From Octopus bimaculoides (taxonomy: Eukaryota): a DNA stretch of 64,000 nt. The DNA is taken from the NCBI RefSeq assembly GCF_001194135.2, contig NC_068992.1, positions 31,606,686-31,670,685 of the forward strand. Direction: 5' to 3'. Below are positions 27,219 through 39,943 of this stretch, in pieces; position 1 is the stretch's first letter, and every line of letters starts with the position of its first letter. The position numbers and the translations under genes are program-made. A model generated the notes under the pieces. The model was not told the origin of the DNA, did no database searches, and worked only from the letters and a program-made list of their open reading frames with translations.

Positions 27219-27720
27219 AAGAAGAAGAAGAAGAAGAAGAAGAAGAAGAAGAAGAAGAAGAAGAAGAAGAAGAAGAAGAAGAAGAAGAAGAAGAAGAAGA
27301 AGAAGAAGAAGAAGAGCGGTGAGTGAGACAGGAACAAATATTTCAATCTATAACGTCTAAACTATTAGTTCAAGATTGATTATTAGGAACTTAATTATGA
27401 ATTTCATGCTGACACTCGCTGTAGTAACAAAAATTATGAAGAAATGAAACCGTGTGTCAAACATCAAAACAAGAATCAAGTCTTTGTTTTTAAGGGATGG
27501 AGATAAAATAACCATGTAACAGTGATTTAGCCTCTTCCATTTAAAATAAACATGTTTTTTTAACATTCCAAAGATTAATCACAGATAGGTTTCGTTGTTA
27601 CCACTTACGTAATTACTTACGTAATTGTCTGCAACTTTAAATGTAATTGGTAGAACTATATTCATGTTCAATCTCATGTGGACGTCTCGTGTATAGTTTT
27701 GCAAATTATATTGCTATGAG

Positions 27721-27793
27721 GACCACGCTGAAGGGTTGCGAACAATTACCTAAGTAATTACATAACTGGTAACAACGAAACCGGTCTGTGATT
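27721..27793 (+). ncRNA. minimal type I hammerhead ribozyme motif, copy 1 (A9 replaced by G)
   Basis: GACCACG CTGAAGG GTTG...CAAC GAAA CCGGTC TGTGATT: stem I, core, stem II GTTG/CAAC, GAAA, palindromic CCGG mini stem III and GUC site. Confidence 0.65.
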
Positions 27794-28182
27794 AATCTTT
27801 ATATTTTGTATCTTTTCTTAGTGCTCAAACCATAGGTGTTCTTCTTCTAGCATAATAGATATGCATTTAGTGTTCATCCCTCTTATTTGTATGCAATATA
27901 ATTTTTCTGAATCCTCAGATTTTTCAATATGCTAGGCCACTGATTTTAATTGATATTAATTAAATTAATATTTAATTTTTCACCCTTGTTATTTAAATTT
28001 AAATAACTATGTTCCTTAACCGGCAAAATTCACTGCAGAGAATTATTTGTGCAGAATTATTTCCGGTATTTGGCGCGCCAAAAGGAAGACTTTTAAAATA
28101 TAACCCCAAAGGTAGAACTATATACATGTTCAATCTCATGCGGACGTCTCGTGTATAGTTCTGCAAATTATTTTGCTATGAC

Positions 28183-28255
28183 GACCACACTGAAGAATTG
28201 CAAACAATTACGTAAGTAATTATGTAAGTGGTAAGAACGAAACCGGTCTGTGATT
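28183..28255 (+). ncRNA. minimal type I hammerhead ribozyme motif, copy 2 (G10.1 replaced by A)
   Basis: GACCACA CTGAAGA ATTG...GAAC GAAA CCGGTC TGTGATT: canonical CUGANGA core and stem I CACA/TGTG, with a weakened stem II. Confidence 0.65.
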
Positions 28256-28400
28256 AATCTTTATATTTTGTATCTTTTCATTTGTCGTGCTCGCTTACGT
28301 TCTGGCGTTTTCTGAATTTTCTTGAGGACAATCTTTTTTAGTCGTCAGACCTTATGTGGTCTTCTAGCATAATGGTTGTCCACTTAGTGGTCATCCCTCT

Positions 28401-28432
<32 letters not shown>

Positions 28433-28464
28433 TGTATGTATGTATGTATCTATCTATCTATCTA

Positions 28465-28504
<40 letters not shown>

Positions 28505-29599
28505 TTTTGCAAACAAATTGCACATGCAAGTGCTAGCTGTCGAGAACCCCGCATACCGGAAGTAAGCAAGTGTATAGAGGTAATCAAAGTGAGATAGAGA
28601 GAGAGAGCGAGAGGAATAAAGATAGATAGATACAAATATCTGTAGTTATAACACATAGAGAAACAGAGAGATTCATTGATCCATAGATATGTACCCAGTT
28701 ATTCATTAAACCAATAATAACCACCTTCATTGCATCTGTTACAACTCATTTGTTTTCAACCGCTTAGCAATTTAACCAGGAAAGAAATTAAAGGTTTGAT
28801 TAACTTCCTTAATGGTTTAGTTATTCAATCCCTTACTTATGTAATTCAAATATTGTTTGTGGCTGTACGCCTTATCAATGATATAGCCCTCTGCTCCGTG
28901 AGAGCTTCAGGTCCCGAGAGAAAATATCTTTATTGTCATTGCGTGTCAAACGCAGAGTGAGTCGATAGCAAAATTTTTCTAGTACAAGAAATCGAGACAT
29001 GTTCTAGCCAAACATTACAACAAATTGCATAAATTTAGGCATTTAAATTGCACGCAAAACGTACTGGTTAGTAAACGCAATTATTCCTTTATGGAGAAAA
29101 ATGTAACAGTGAGAGTACAAAGCCTAGTACATGGAAATAGGATTAATATTTCTACCAAACATTAGAAACTTAGACTGTAAATGATTCAAATATATAGTCG
29201 CGCATAATTATTTAAGGACTAATACCTTGCAACCAATAATACTGACATAATATTACTTAGTAAATTGGTTTCTACTTCCATCATAAATTATACCAATCTC
29301 CTAAACCACTTTCCGAAAACAGTGGATATATATATATATATATANNNNNNNNNNNNNNNNNNNNNNNNNNNNNNNNNNNNNNNNNNNNNNNNNNNNNNNN
29401 NNNNNNNNNNNNNNNNNNNNNNNNNNNNNNNNNNNNNNNNNNNNNNNNNNNNNNNNNNNNNNNNNNNNNNNNNNNNNNNNNNNNNNNNNNNNNNNNNNNN
29501 NNNNNNNNNNNNNNNNNNNNNNNNNNNNNNNNNNNNNNNNNNNNNNNNNNNNNNNNNNNNNNNNNNNNNNNNNNNNNNNNNNNNNNNNNNNNNNNNNNN

Positions 29600-29676
<77 letters not shown>

Positions 29677-31779
29677 CTCGCTTATTATACATTGATTGAG
29701 ATTGGAAAGCAATTATAGATAGACAAACGCTGACGCATAATCCAGAAAGAGCACTTACTGAAATTTACGCTTCAAACGTTATAATCATTTCTATAAAAAC
29801 TTCTTTTTCATAACACATTTTACATTCGAATAAGCGATATCACAATGAGCATGATCTTAGTGACTACGTTTGAAATACTAGTTGTGGAGTTTCTAAAAGA
29901 GAATATCTATGCTCGATACGGAATTAATTTTCTCTTTACTTAAAAGAAAACTATAAAATTTTCCCAGGGTAAGATTTTGCACATTGGAGTACAATTATTA
30001 GAGAGTTTGCTAGAGCCTTTGAAATATAAACGATTACCATTCATTGAATTAACTATTAGCACTCATGAATCGAACAAAATCATAACGGAAATCAATAAAA
30101 ACAAATAGTCTTTATGTATCTTTTGGCAATTATTGAAGTTGGAACAATTACAAATAGTCTCTAATGAATGACTCGGGCATAGACGAATGTGTAAAATTTA
30201 GATCTTCACATCCGTTTCCTATTGAAAGCAACATTTCATTTAACATAAGATCTGTTCGTATAAATATCAAATGCTCAATTGAATAGAAGTAAAGGATTAA
30301 CAGTATTCTTGCACCGAAAAAAAATGTCTGAAAATATCGTAAAGAAATCAATATATTAGGCAACGGAAATCCCGACTCCTACTATAAGTAAAAAAACTCT
30401 TCCAATAATAGTTAAAACAGAAACAGAAATATAACTGTAATCCCAGAAAATGGGACATAGTACATTGGGCCAAGTGGTAACTGCCAGTTCAGTAGTAATT
30501 ATAATATCCAAAGCAAAAAAAGCAACAGAACCAAACCCTTCGCTGATAACTGATAGAAACTATATAAGGTGTAGAGTAATCCAGTAGATAAACTACAAAA
30601 TTAGCGATGCAGTCTATAGTATAATGTGTACAGCAGGTCGGTGCAGGAAGGAGACAGCGACGTACGTTAGAGGGTTAGTTCGTAACATAGGTGAGAGGAT
30701 AAATGAAAATAGCCGGAAACTAAAGTAGGAGAAATGTTCGTCGGTGCTATACCAACATGCTAAACTAAAACATAGGGTCTCGACAGATTACATAAATTTT
30801 AGGATCTCAGTCCTGGAATATTCTTTATACCTTATTGCGATGCATTGTTTGCGACGCGTCCCTGTGCAATACGAACCAACGTGTGTGTAAATTGTGCTCA
30901 ATGGATCGCTTCATTTCGCAGTAGACATCCTGACGTAAACTTTTCATGTAAGCACAAATTTTATTCCGCTTTTGCTCTTTACAGAATGTCTCTATAAGCT
31001 CTCTAATTATGATGAACATCTAACTTCTGTCTTCATTATTCTGGCGTCACATTCTTTCTTTTCTTTTTCTTTCTGTCTTGTCTCTGTCCCTATCTCTCTT
31101 TCTCTCTATTCTCCTTGTACATTTCTCCATATCTCTGAATAATTGTTTCGTCATCATCATTCCTTGAAGTTTTGTTGGACTCTTCCTGCCTTTCTCTTTA
31201 ACAAGCTCCCATCACTAACTGATTCAAATTCTGCCCCTCGGAACTTTCTCGCTATTTAAATAGCCCTTCTCCTTCGCTACACTCATCTCTAATGTTTGCT
31301 TCTTCTTCTCTTTCACTTTTGCCAGCAATAATTCCTAATTCATTTAAGATCTGCCCGGCGACAAACCTGGCCATCAGTAGCTCCACCTTTCAGTATACTA
31401 ACTTTAATTCACACCCTTCCTTCGTCCCTCGGGCTCACATCTTCTGCCTCTATTCATTCCCTAGATACTGCTTCCTTCAGCTCTTTCCTCGCCTTATGTT
31501 TGTTCTAGGTCTTCCAGTAATTTTCTAAGCTCCCCTAATAGATACTCACGTAGTTATCTATCTATCTATCTATCTATGTGTGTTTGTCTTTGTGCGAGTG
31601 TGCATTTGTATGTGTACGAGCGGCATGTGTGAGGGAACGTGAGTATATATATATATATNNNNNNNNNNNNNNNNNNNNNNNNNNNNNNNNNNNNNNNNNN
31701 NNNNNNNNNNNNNNNNNNNNNNNNNNNNNNNNNNNNNNNNNNNNNNNNNNNNNNNNNNNNNNNNNNNNNNNNNNNNNNN

Positions 31780-31930
31780 ATATATGGGAGAATTTACGAA
31801 AAAACAACAGACGAAGACAGGTGATGTAAACAACGATTGGATGTATTAGTTTAACGCTCGAGAATAGAGAAAGTATTTGACGTTTCGAGCCTACGCTCTT
31901 CAACTGAAAGTAACACGGATAGAGACAAGG
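31780..31930 (-). mobile_element. PLE-like terminal repeat fragment with hammerhead-like relic
   Basis: The minus strand of 31876-31909 reads TTT CAGTTGA A GAGC GTAG GCTC GAAAC GTC AAA. Homologous to 33113-33205 and 1915-1976. Confidence 0.55.
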
Positions 31931-33112
31931 AGAGAAACAAGGAGGAAAAAATATAAATGTAGTGGTCAGCGATTTATCATGGCGAATGGTGATATATATA
32001 TAACAAGCATAACCGTGCAGGTTAACCTGGTTATTTTCTTGTGCCTAATCCCTACATTGGACCTAATTCTCCAAAAACGGTTTCTCGCCCAATTTCAAAT
32101 CACGTGAACAGTACTACGTGTTTTCTATACTGAGGATCACTAGCTCTCCTACATACATACATAACATACATACATACACACATACATACATACACATATG
32201 TATATAATCACAAGGTATGAATCCGAGATGCAAACTTTTGCTTAGTTAAAGTATGCTTTATTTCAATATCTAAAGGTAAATTCACTGTAGTTACCCGAAA
32301 GAAAAAGGAAAGACTTTGTTATCGCAAATAATGTAAAATCCGTATACCTGCAGAGTGTTGCGCTCTATTGGATTCCCGCTTGCAGCGTTTCTCGCTTTTT
32401 AGCCTTCCTCGATGAGAAATATTGGCATTTCACCTATACATGTTTTGTGTGCATGTGTGTGCTTATATGAATGGATTTATGTATATTTGTATGTTGTTTG
32501 CATGTGTTTATATATTTGGGCATGCGTGTGCAGCAATACTCATGTACATTTGTACGTTTCATATAGGTATGTGCATATTATGTGTATTAACATGTACGAA
32601 CATGTAACGTATTTGTGCGAACGTTGAGACTTAAATGCGTTTTATGCATAGGGAACAAACGCCCATACACACATACACATACATACACACGCGCGCAAAT
32701 GCAAACAAGCACAGAAACATCTGACCGTCTCCCACACACGTACTATACACAGACTCTCTCAATATACACGTCTCCACACACACACACACACACACGCACA
32801 AGTACATGGAACACACATCGCCCCACACAACACACGTGCTGGTTTACATACAGAATCATGCACCCATACACACACAGACCCAGATACTTTTAAGTTCACC
32901 CACAAATACATTCACACGCATGCGCTTTCATTCACATATACATACTCACACACACCATACTTACGTACAAACCTTCGCTTCATTCAACCAGTCCATTGTT
33001 ACCTCCTCTTAACTCAACCTCTTTCTTCCGGTCATTTCATTATTTTTAACCGTTAATCCCAAGAGATTTTTCTTGCAGCATTTATTCCTTCTCTTTCCAT
33101 TTTCTTCGTCAT

Positions 33113-33205
33113 ATCCTTTCGAAGGGCGTAGAATCGAAACGGCATAGACTTTTCTATTCTTCCCGAACATGAAACTAATACACCTGAAGGTTGCTCCTTC
33201 ACACC
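33113..33205 (+). repeat. diverged copy of the 31780-31930 family
   Basis: GAAGGGCGTAGAATCGAAACGGC...AAACTAATACA aligns with GAAGAGCGTAGGCTCGAAACGTC...AAACTAATACA. Confidence 0.55.
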
Positions 33206-34194
33206 CGTCCGCCCGCGCATATTACATAGGTATAAATTTCGCGTACTCTTCATGTGTGTTTGTACATCACGTGTTTCTACTGTTTATGTGTGCTCATGTA
33301 CATTATTCTCCAAAACCTTGTCTCGTATTAATAATGCTGATCTGTCTACATTTCACCTCCTCGTGCCCATTAATTAGCCATGAATTTTCAGACCTACCAC
33401 CACCACCAACAACAACAACAACACCACCACCAATACGTTCCTATCAGGTTAAGGTACCCTATTTTCTCCTACACTTATTTATTTTTTATTCAGTGTCCTC
33501 TTCTTCCAGGTTACTTTTCCTCTTTCTCTGCACTTTTATGCCATTATCGTTTACTTTTGCTTCACTTTATTATTGCCACCATTTATTCTTTCTTTTTCTT
33601 TTGTTTGTGGCGTTATGTATATCTTAGATATTTGTATTTTCATTTTAACTTTTTCATCTATAGCCTTTATAATAATATCTATAGCTTTTATCTATAGATT
33701 TTATAATACTCTTTTATTATACTTTCAAATTGTCAATATATAATATTGGAATCCTATTATTTCTTTTATTTACTTTCATTTCCTACTCCTGGATATATTC
33801 TGTTTTTCACATTACTCGCTTTTACTAAATTTTCTGGTTTACATATTAATTAATAATTATTGTATATTCCACCGTACACGTTAACCCTAACGGTAGTTCC
33901 GTAGGCCTTTATCTCTTTGAAATCAGTCACCTAAACAAATTAAATTGCATATCATTGGTTTGTTAATGACCAATTCGTATTATATTATATGCACCCAAGT
34001 AAATCTTTTCTTCACTTATATCACAACGACCCAACAGACGAATAAAACATTAAATTCAGGAATGTCGATTAGACGAAAATGTACAGTCCAAAGACAACAG
34101 ATATTTTCTTACAATATCGCTAAATATGTCTCAGTAAACAACTGCAACCACAATTTCTAATCGTTCATTATATAAATTTGCTATTTGAACTTCA

Positions 34195-34571
34195 GTGGAG
34201 GCGCAATGGCCCAGTGGTTAGGGCAGTGGACTCGCGGTTATAGGATCGCGGTTTCGATTCCCAGACCGGGCGTTGTGAGTGTTTATTGAGCGAAAACACC
34301 TAAAGATCTACGAGGCTCTGGCAGGGGATGGTGGCGAACCCTGCTGTACTCTTTCACCGCAACTAACTTCCTATTTCTGTTGTGCCTGTAATTCAAAGGG
34401 TCAGCCTTGTCACACTGTGCCACGCTGAATATCCACGTGAACTACGTTAAGGGTACACGTGTCAGTGGAGTGCTCATTCACTTGCACGTTAATTTCACGA
34501 GCAGGCTGTTCCGTTGATCGGATCAACTGGAACCCTCAACGTCGTAAGAGACAGAGTGCCAACAACAACAA
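34195..34571 (+). mobile_element. tRNA-derived SINE family C, full length
   Basis: tRNA-like head with A box TGGCCCAGTGG (34207) and B box GTTTCGATTCC (34251), a GC-richer body and a (CAA)n tail. Confidence 0.85.
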
Positions 34572-34854
34572 TTTGGACCTCAACATATGTACTATTAAAT
34601 AATGAGACCTCATTTATTGAAAGATATAAGCCGGAATTAGATATAAACCCATATTGAAAATTAAATATTTCTCCACCTATTGTAAGAATCACATGTTGAC
34701 GAATATTAAAAATTACAGATTTACCTCCCCTTTACTGAAAAAATATCTTTATAACCAATTAACCCCCTAGGAAACAAAATGTCTAATTCAGAATTTCATC
34801 CAGAACTTGAAAAGCGATAGCGAAGCCGGTTATTATGTTGGAAAGAAAAATTAT

Positions 34855-35066
34855 TATTTTCAACACTAGGCACAAGGCACGAACTTTTGAGGGAGGGGAC
34901 CAGTCAATTAAATCGACCCTAGTATGCAAATAGTAATTAATTTATCGACCCTAAAAAGTGAATGGAAATGTCGATCTCCGCGGAATTTGGATTCAGAACA
35001 TAAGTCAGACGAAATACTGCTAAGTATTATGCCTGGCGTGGTAATGTTTCTGCCAGCGCGCCGCCT
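34855..35066 (-). mobile_element. SINE family B copy
   Basis: Reverse complement of the family B head and body (TTTATCGACCC...GGAATTTGGATTCAGAAC...CTGCCAGCGCGCCGCC). Confidence 0.75.
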
Positions 35067-35190
35067 TTATTTTGTATTTTATAAAACGTTTGCTGTTATG
35101 ATTCTAATGTATTCCTTAGTCTTTTAAAACAAATCTTCTGTTTTTGAACATCTTATTTATATATANNNNNNNNNNNNNNNNNNNNNATAT

Positions 35191-35579
35191 ATAAATTGTA
35201 AATGTAAAAATAAAAACAAAACTCAAAGGATTCTGCGGTACATGTGTTTCCATACCTTGCCACAATTCAGTGTGTAATGAATTGTGGCAAGATATGGATG
35301 GAGTCCGGAGTACCGAGCAAATTATGTATAAATATATCAAATTAAGAATTCTACGAGGTATATTACAATGCAAAATACCAAACGGAACCTCACCTCTTAT
35401 ATCTCAGCTTGTTTCCTCCTTTAACTTCTATGTGATATAATTCTTGGGAATGAATACATTTGCGGCTGAAGATAGCTTTATACTGTCAATTATACACTGA
35501 TGTAACAACTATAAAACTTTAAACACGTGTACCGCAGAATCCTTTGTGTTTTGGTTTTATTTTTACATTTACAATTTAT
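35191..35579 (+). mobile_element. fold-back element with 59-bp inverted arms and an internal hammerhead motif
   Basis: Arms 35191-35249 and 35521-35579 are 56/59 complementary. Hammerhead-like motif at 35460-35537. Confidence 0.7.
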
Positions 35580-35646
35580 TCATTCACCCTGACCACGAGC
35601 TGGCATACACAGGTGCTTACAATTATCAAGTATTACCTCTAACATT

Positions 35647-35692
<46 letters not shown>

Positions 35693-38600
35693 NNNNNNNN
35701 NNTACACAGAAACAAATAAGATGTAAAAGCACAAGTTTGTATTACAAGACTAAAGACTATATTAGAATCAGCAGCAAATGTATTATGCGCGGCTAATTTG
35801 ATACTTTTCAAAATTCAAAGGCGATTTTTAATGTGCATAAATAAATAAATGCATACAAAAATTAGCATAATTAGAATATGGCATACGTAGTAGTACAGTA
35901 TGTCACACTTTCTTTCAGATGTTTTACCAGCTGGTGTAAATTATACATATTTGATAATAAATTTCAGATATTTCACAATAAATCACATGAACTTACACTG
36001 ACATTGCTGCAAAACTTTTGAACGAGATTAGTTACATCTTGTTGTATTGACAGGAACGCCTTATAGATATACTAGGTATTGATTTTAGAAAACGTTTACT
36101 CGTACAAGCAAAATACATATGCCTCAGTGACTAAATAGGGAAAGACAGTTTCAATACGAGAAGAAACGTATGTGTAGTAGATTGATTTGGTCATTCGTGG
36201 GCATTAACTTCGTAAATAGGAATACTTGCCGTCGTACATCACGTTGAAGCTCAATGACATACTTCATATTTGAAAATGATGTATGTCATATATTTATGCA
36301 TACACACACACACTCACGAAACACATCTATGTAAGTGCTTACTTCTCTATGAGTCTATGTTTTATGTGTCTAAGGACGGACGTGTAAGTATGCAAACAGG
36401 TATGCAAAGTAGATTGTAAATGTAACATACACCTTCCATACATACAGATTGTAGTATGGTTTTCTCGAGATTTATGACGTTTACAGTTATATTTTTATCT
36501 TTGAAATAACCATCATTTATCCGAATGTTTGTTTATTAGCGATAAAATGTGATATATCAAACGCCAAATATTTCCTTGAACTCTTCTAATGTACATGAAT
36601 ACTTATTCCTTCACTGTACCTGTTTTAATATATATGCATGCAAACATACTTACGCAAACATTTTTATAATTTTAATATATTGATGTGCAAGTGCGAATGT
36701 ATTTCTGTGAATGTATCACTTGTTCGATTTAGATGTATATGCCTCTCTATCTATGCGTGTGTACGTGTGTGTGTGTGTGTGTGTACCTCTGTGTGTGTAT
36801 GTGTGTGTGTGTCTGTGTAAATATGTGTTAGTGACTTTAACATTCGTCACGACCTGTCCACTTTTTCAGCCCATTTGCTTTGCTAAATTAGTAATTGATG
36901 TGCAAACAATTTGAACAATTTCAACTCAAAGACATTTTATGATGACCTTTTAGGTGTTTTATATTAATAGTAGATTACACGATATAGATTTTATGTTGCC
37001 ATAAATAATCGTTGGACAAATATATATTTCTAAACTTATCATATTTTGTTTAATCATGTCCGTCTACATTTAACTAGCTTCTAAATTGGTACTGTGACTT
37101 TCGGAAGCTGATATATACCTCCATATCCAATTGACCTCCATTCATTGGTAGAAATATAAAAGAAAAAGAAACTGGTGTGAATGCAGTTTTCTGTTAGTTT
37201 AATACTATGATATTCGATGACATACTTTAAAAGTTGTGGTATGTCTAACTTGCAATAACAGCGTATTCTGAGTTTTTTATGAAGCATTGCTTTGAGTGCG
37301 AAATATTTTCAAATGATACTCAGATAAATATTGTTTCGGTTTGAATGTCATTCATATTTATAGTTACAGCTTTCATTTTAAAAGAAATGTACTGGTATAT
37401 GGAAAGAATTTATGTAATACATATACATAAAACGTCCATAAACAATAGGCATCAAAAACTTGTTTAAAGTACGTAGCAAATTGAGATATTAAAGGAGGAT
37501 TTGTTATATCGCTTAAACTCTGTATTTGATAAAGCGAAAGCGATTATAATGGCTGCGCAGACGTTTACTTAGATTTGCAGACTTATAATACGTTTTGCGC
37601 AACAATACATTCTCTTTAAACATTTATACGTTTAAACACCAAACTTGCAGCAAATACTATATCTCAGATGTGTAAAATGTGTAAAACAAAAATGTTAAAA
37701 ATATGTAATATAAATGTGTGCACCTTCCAAACATTATAATACGTCAATACATTACTTAATTTCTAAAGCCATGTAAAAATGCAGGTATTTTTACTTTTGC
37801 ATTACTCTGATATTTTAGAAATCAGTAACGCTGAAGTTTTACATGTAGCACAATAGCCCATCTACCTGTCTAAGCCAAAATTAAGATATATCCTTTTTAC
37901 AGATTCTGTTACACAAACAATACCAATTGAGTATATATTGCCTCCTAAAGCATCGCAGTTTGTCTAATAATGGGAAGCATTTACTGTACACGTGGTATAA
38001 TAAATCAAAGGTTCTCAACCCATTTTGGCCAATGGTCCCCTTTTGACCGTTGGAGTCACAAATTCTTAGTTTTCAATATACTACATATTCTGATATCAGC
38101 AAAATATGATTAAAAAATTAAGGATGTCGGTTTACACATGCGCTTGTACACAATCGGGAGCACATATGTACAAACTGATATGCAAAAAAGAAAAGATATT
38201 ATGAATTGAAAGTTTGGTAATTGCATTTATTTCTACCACGCGACACTTATGAGATCAACATGCTGTCTATCGAAAAATAAATTCCGATGAGATCATTTCA
38301 AACCTTTCCGATTTCCCTTATCAAAACATGTAGACGTTGTGCAACAATCTGACGTATAAGTTATTGTCACCCGAGAAGAGGATTTGTATGCGCAAGAAAG
38401 AGAGTGTATTTGATAGAAATTGTTTAAATACATATGAACTTCATGAGTAGAAAATTGTAGAGGATGGTATTCACTGTACTTGGATCTAGTTAGTTTGAGT
38501 CACAAAATCATGGCCGCTTTTAAAATGACATAAAAGAATCTGAAAATTTGCCTTATTAATCATTCATTTGTTATTCAGGATCTAGTTTGTTTCGTTCACA

Positions 38601-39213
38601 AAATTAGCATTTTTTACAAGGATTAAAACATCTGAAAATTGGTTATCTTGATGCAGTTTTCCATGTTTATTCCTATGAAGGCATGAACGACTGGAGAAAA
38701 AAATTTGACACACAAAATTTTTTTGTTTGTTTTTTGATTCGTGGTTTCAAAATACTGACAGTCTGGATTCGTTTGTGTCTACAATTCCCAAATAATTTTT
38801 GAAATACTTCAAAATCAAATTTGCATAAATATATGTTCCAGAAACAATACTAAAAAAATTAAGGAAATAGATTTTTGGAAGATTTCTTATTATGGCTGAA
38901 TTTATTCTATTATTCTAAAATATTCTGAAGCTTATATATATACATGTATAAATCCATACGGAAACACAATATATACACACCCATAGATATTTAAACAGTT
39001 AGTTTTATATACATCCATGTATATATATAAATATTTCGGCATCTCTACACAACTGTGCCCAAAAGATTTGGTTCTTCATTGCCTTGAGAAAATTAAGTAT
39101 TTTTTTCTACAAATATGCTTCAGATCACGTAGATTCCGATTAAATTGGAATTCATTGTGAAAACAGTTTATTCCTGAAGGAGAGTAGAAAATTCATACCA
39201 CCAAGCTTTGGTT

Positions 39214-39246
<33 letters not shown>

Positions 39247-39249
<3 letters not shown>

Positions 39250-39884
39250 CAAAACATAGGGTAAAAATCAGATATTAATTACTATCGATTTATTACCAGG
39301 AAGCTAGTACATTTAAACAATCTGAGAGATTCAGAAAAATATCGGAGATCTTGGGGGATTAAAGTATATGTTTATATATAACGATGACCACTAAAGTGGA
39401 CATTTAATGTGCTAGAAGTAGATCACATGTTGTATCTACTAAGACCTAATGGTTCTCAAAAGAAATACAACGAAATACCAAAATATATGTGGGCAAGACA
39501 GGGAAAATTACATAAATAAAACATTATTATTCGTGGTACGGTTTCGAAATTAACACTCTTACCGATTATCAGTTTCTCTTCAGCACGAATTGTAAGGAAA
39601 TCATAATTCTCAGAATCTTATACAAGTTGTTTACCCCTAGAGGCAAACGTGCATATGGTTCTGCGATTTACAACTTAATGGTAAAAATCAAATGTCTTCG
39701 TTTTGACACGCTAATTCCGGAAATATGTCTGCAGAAAATTCTTACTGCATCGCCGATATCCACTTTGAGAACTTGGTTATGGTGAAACAAATCAAAACAT
39801 AGGGCAAAAATCAGATATTAATTACTATCGATTCTTTTGAGAACCATTAGGTCTTAGTAGACACAACATGTGATCTACTTCTAG

Positions 39885-39886
<2 letters not shown>
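39247..39886 (-). mobile_element. PLE-like non-autonomous element with direct and inverted repeats and a hammerhead motif
   Basis: 44-bp DR 39247-39290 / 39790-39833 (1 mismatch). 55-bp IR 39410-39464 / 39832-39886 (1 mismatch). Minus-strand hammerhead-like motif at 39529-39590. Confidence 0.7.

Positions 39887-39943
<57 letters not shown>

Larger units (their letters stand above)
27570..28408 (+). mobile_element. non-autonomous PLE/retrozyme-like element: 66-bp inverted arms plus two tandem 169-bp direct repeats, each with a hammerhead motif
   Basis: IR 27570-27635 / 27735-27800. DR 27649-27817 / 28111-28279, with weaker similarity continuing to about 27892 / 28408. Confidence 0.7.

Noticed and set aside
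26367-27314. Repeat-spacer-like pattern suggesting a CRISPR array
   Set aside because: The repeats are variable-length trinucleotide microsatellites and the spacers are homologous transposon copies in eukaryotic DNA.
30150-30720. Hydrophobic minus-strand reading resembling a membrane-protein pseudogene or NUMT
   Set aside because: There are several TAG/TAA stops under both standard and invertebrate mitochondrial codes. Hydrophobicity is explained by T-rich composition.
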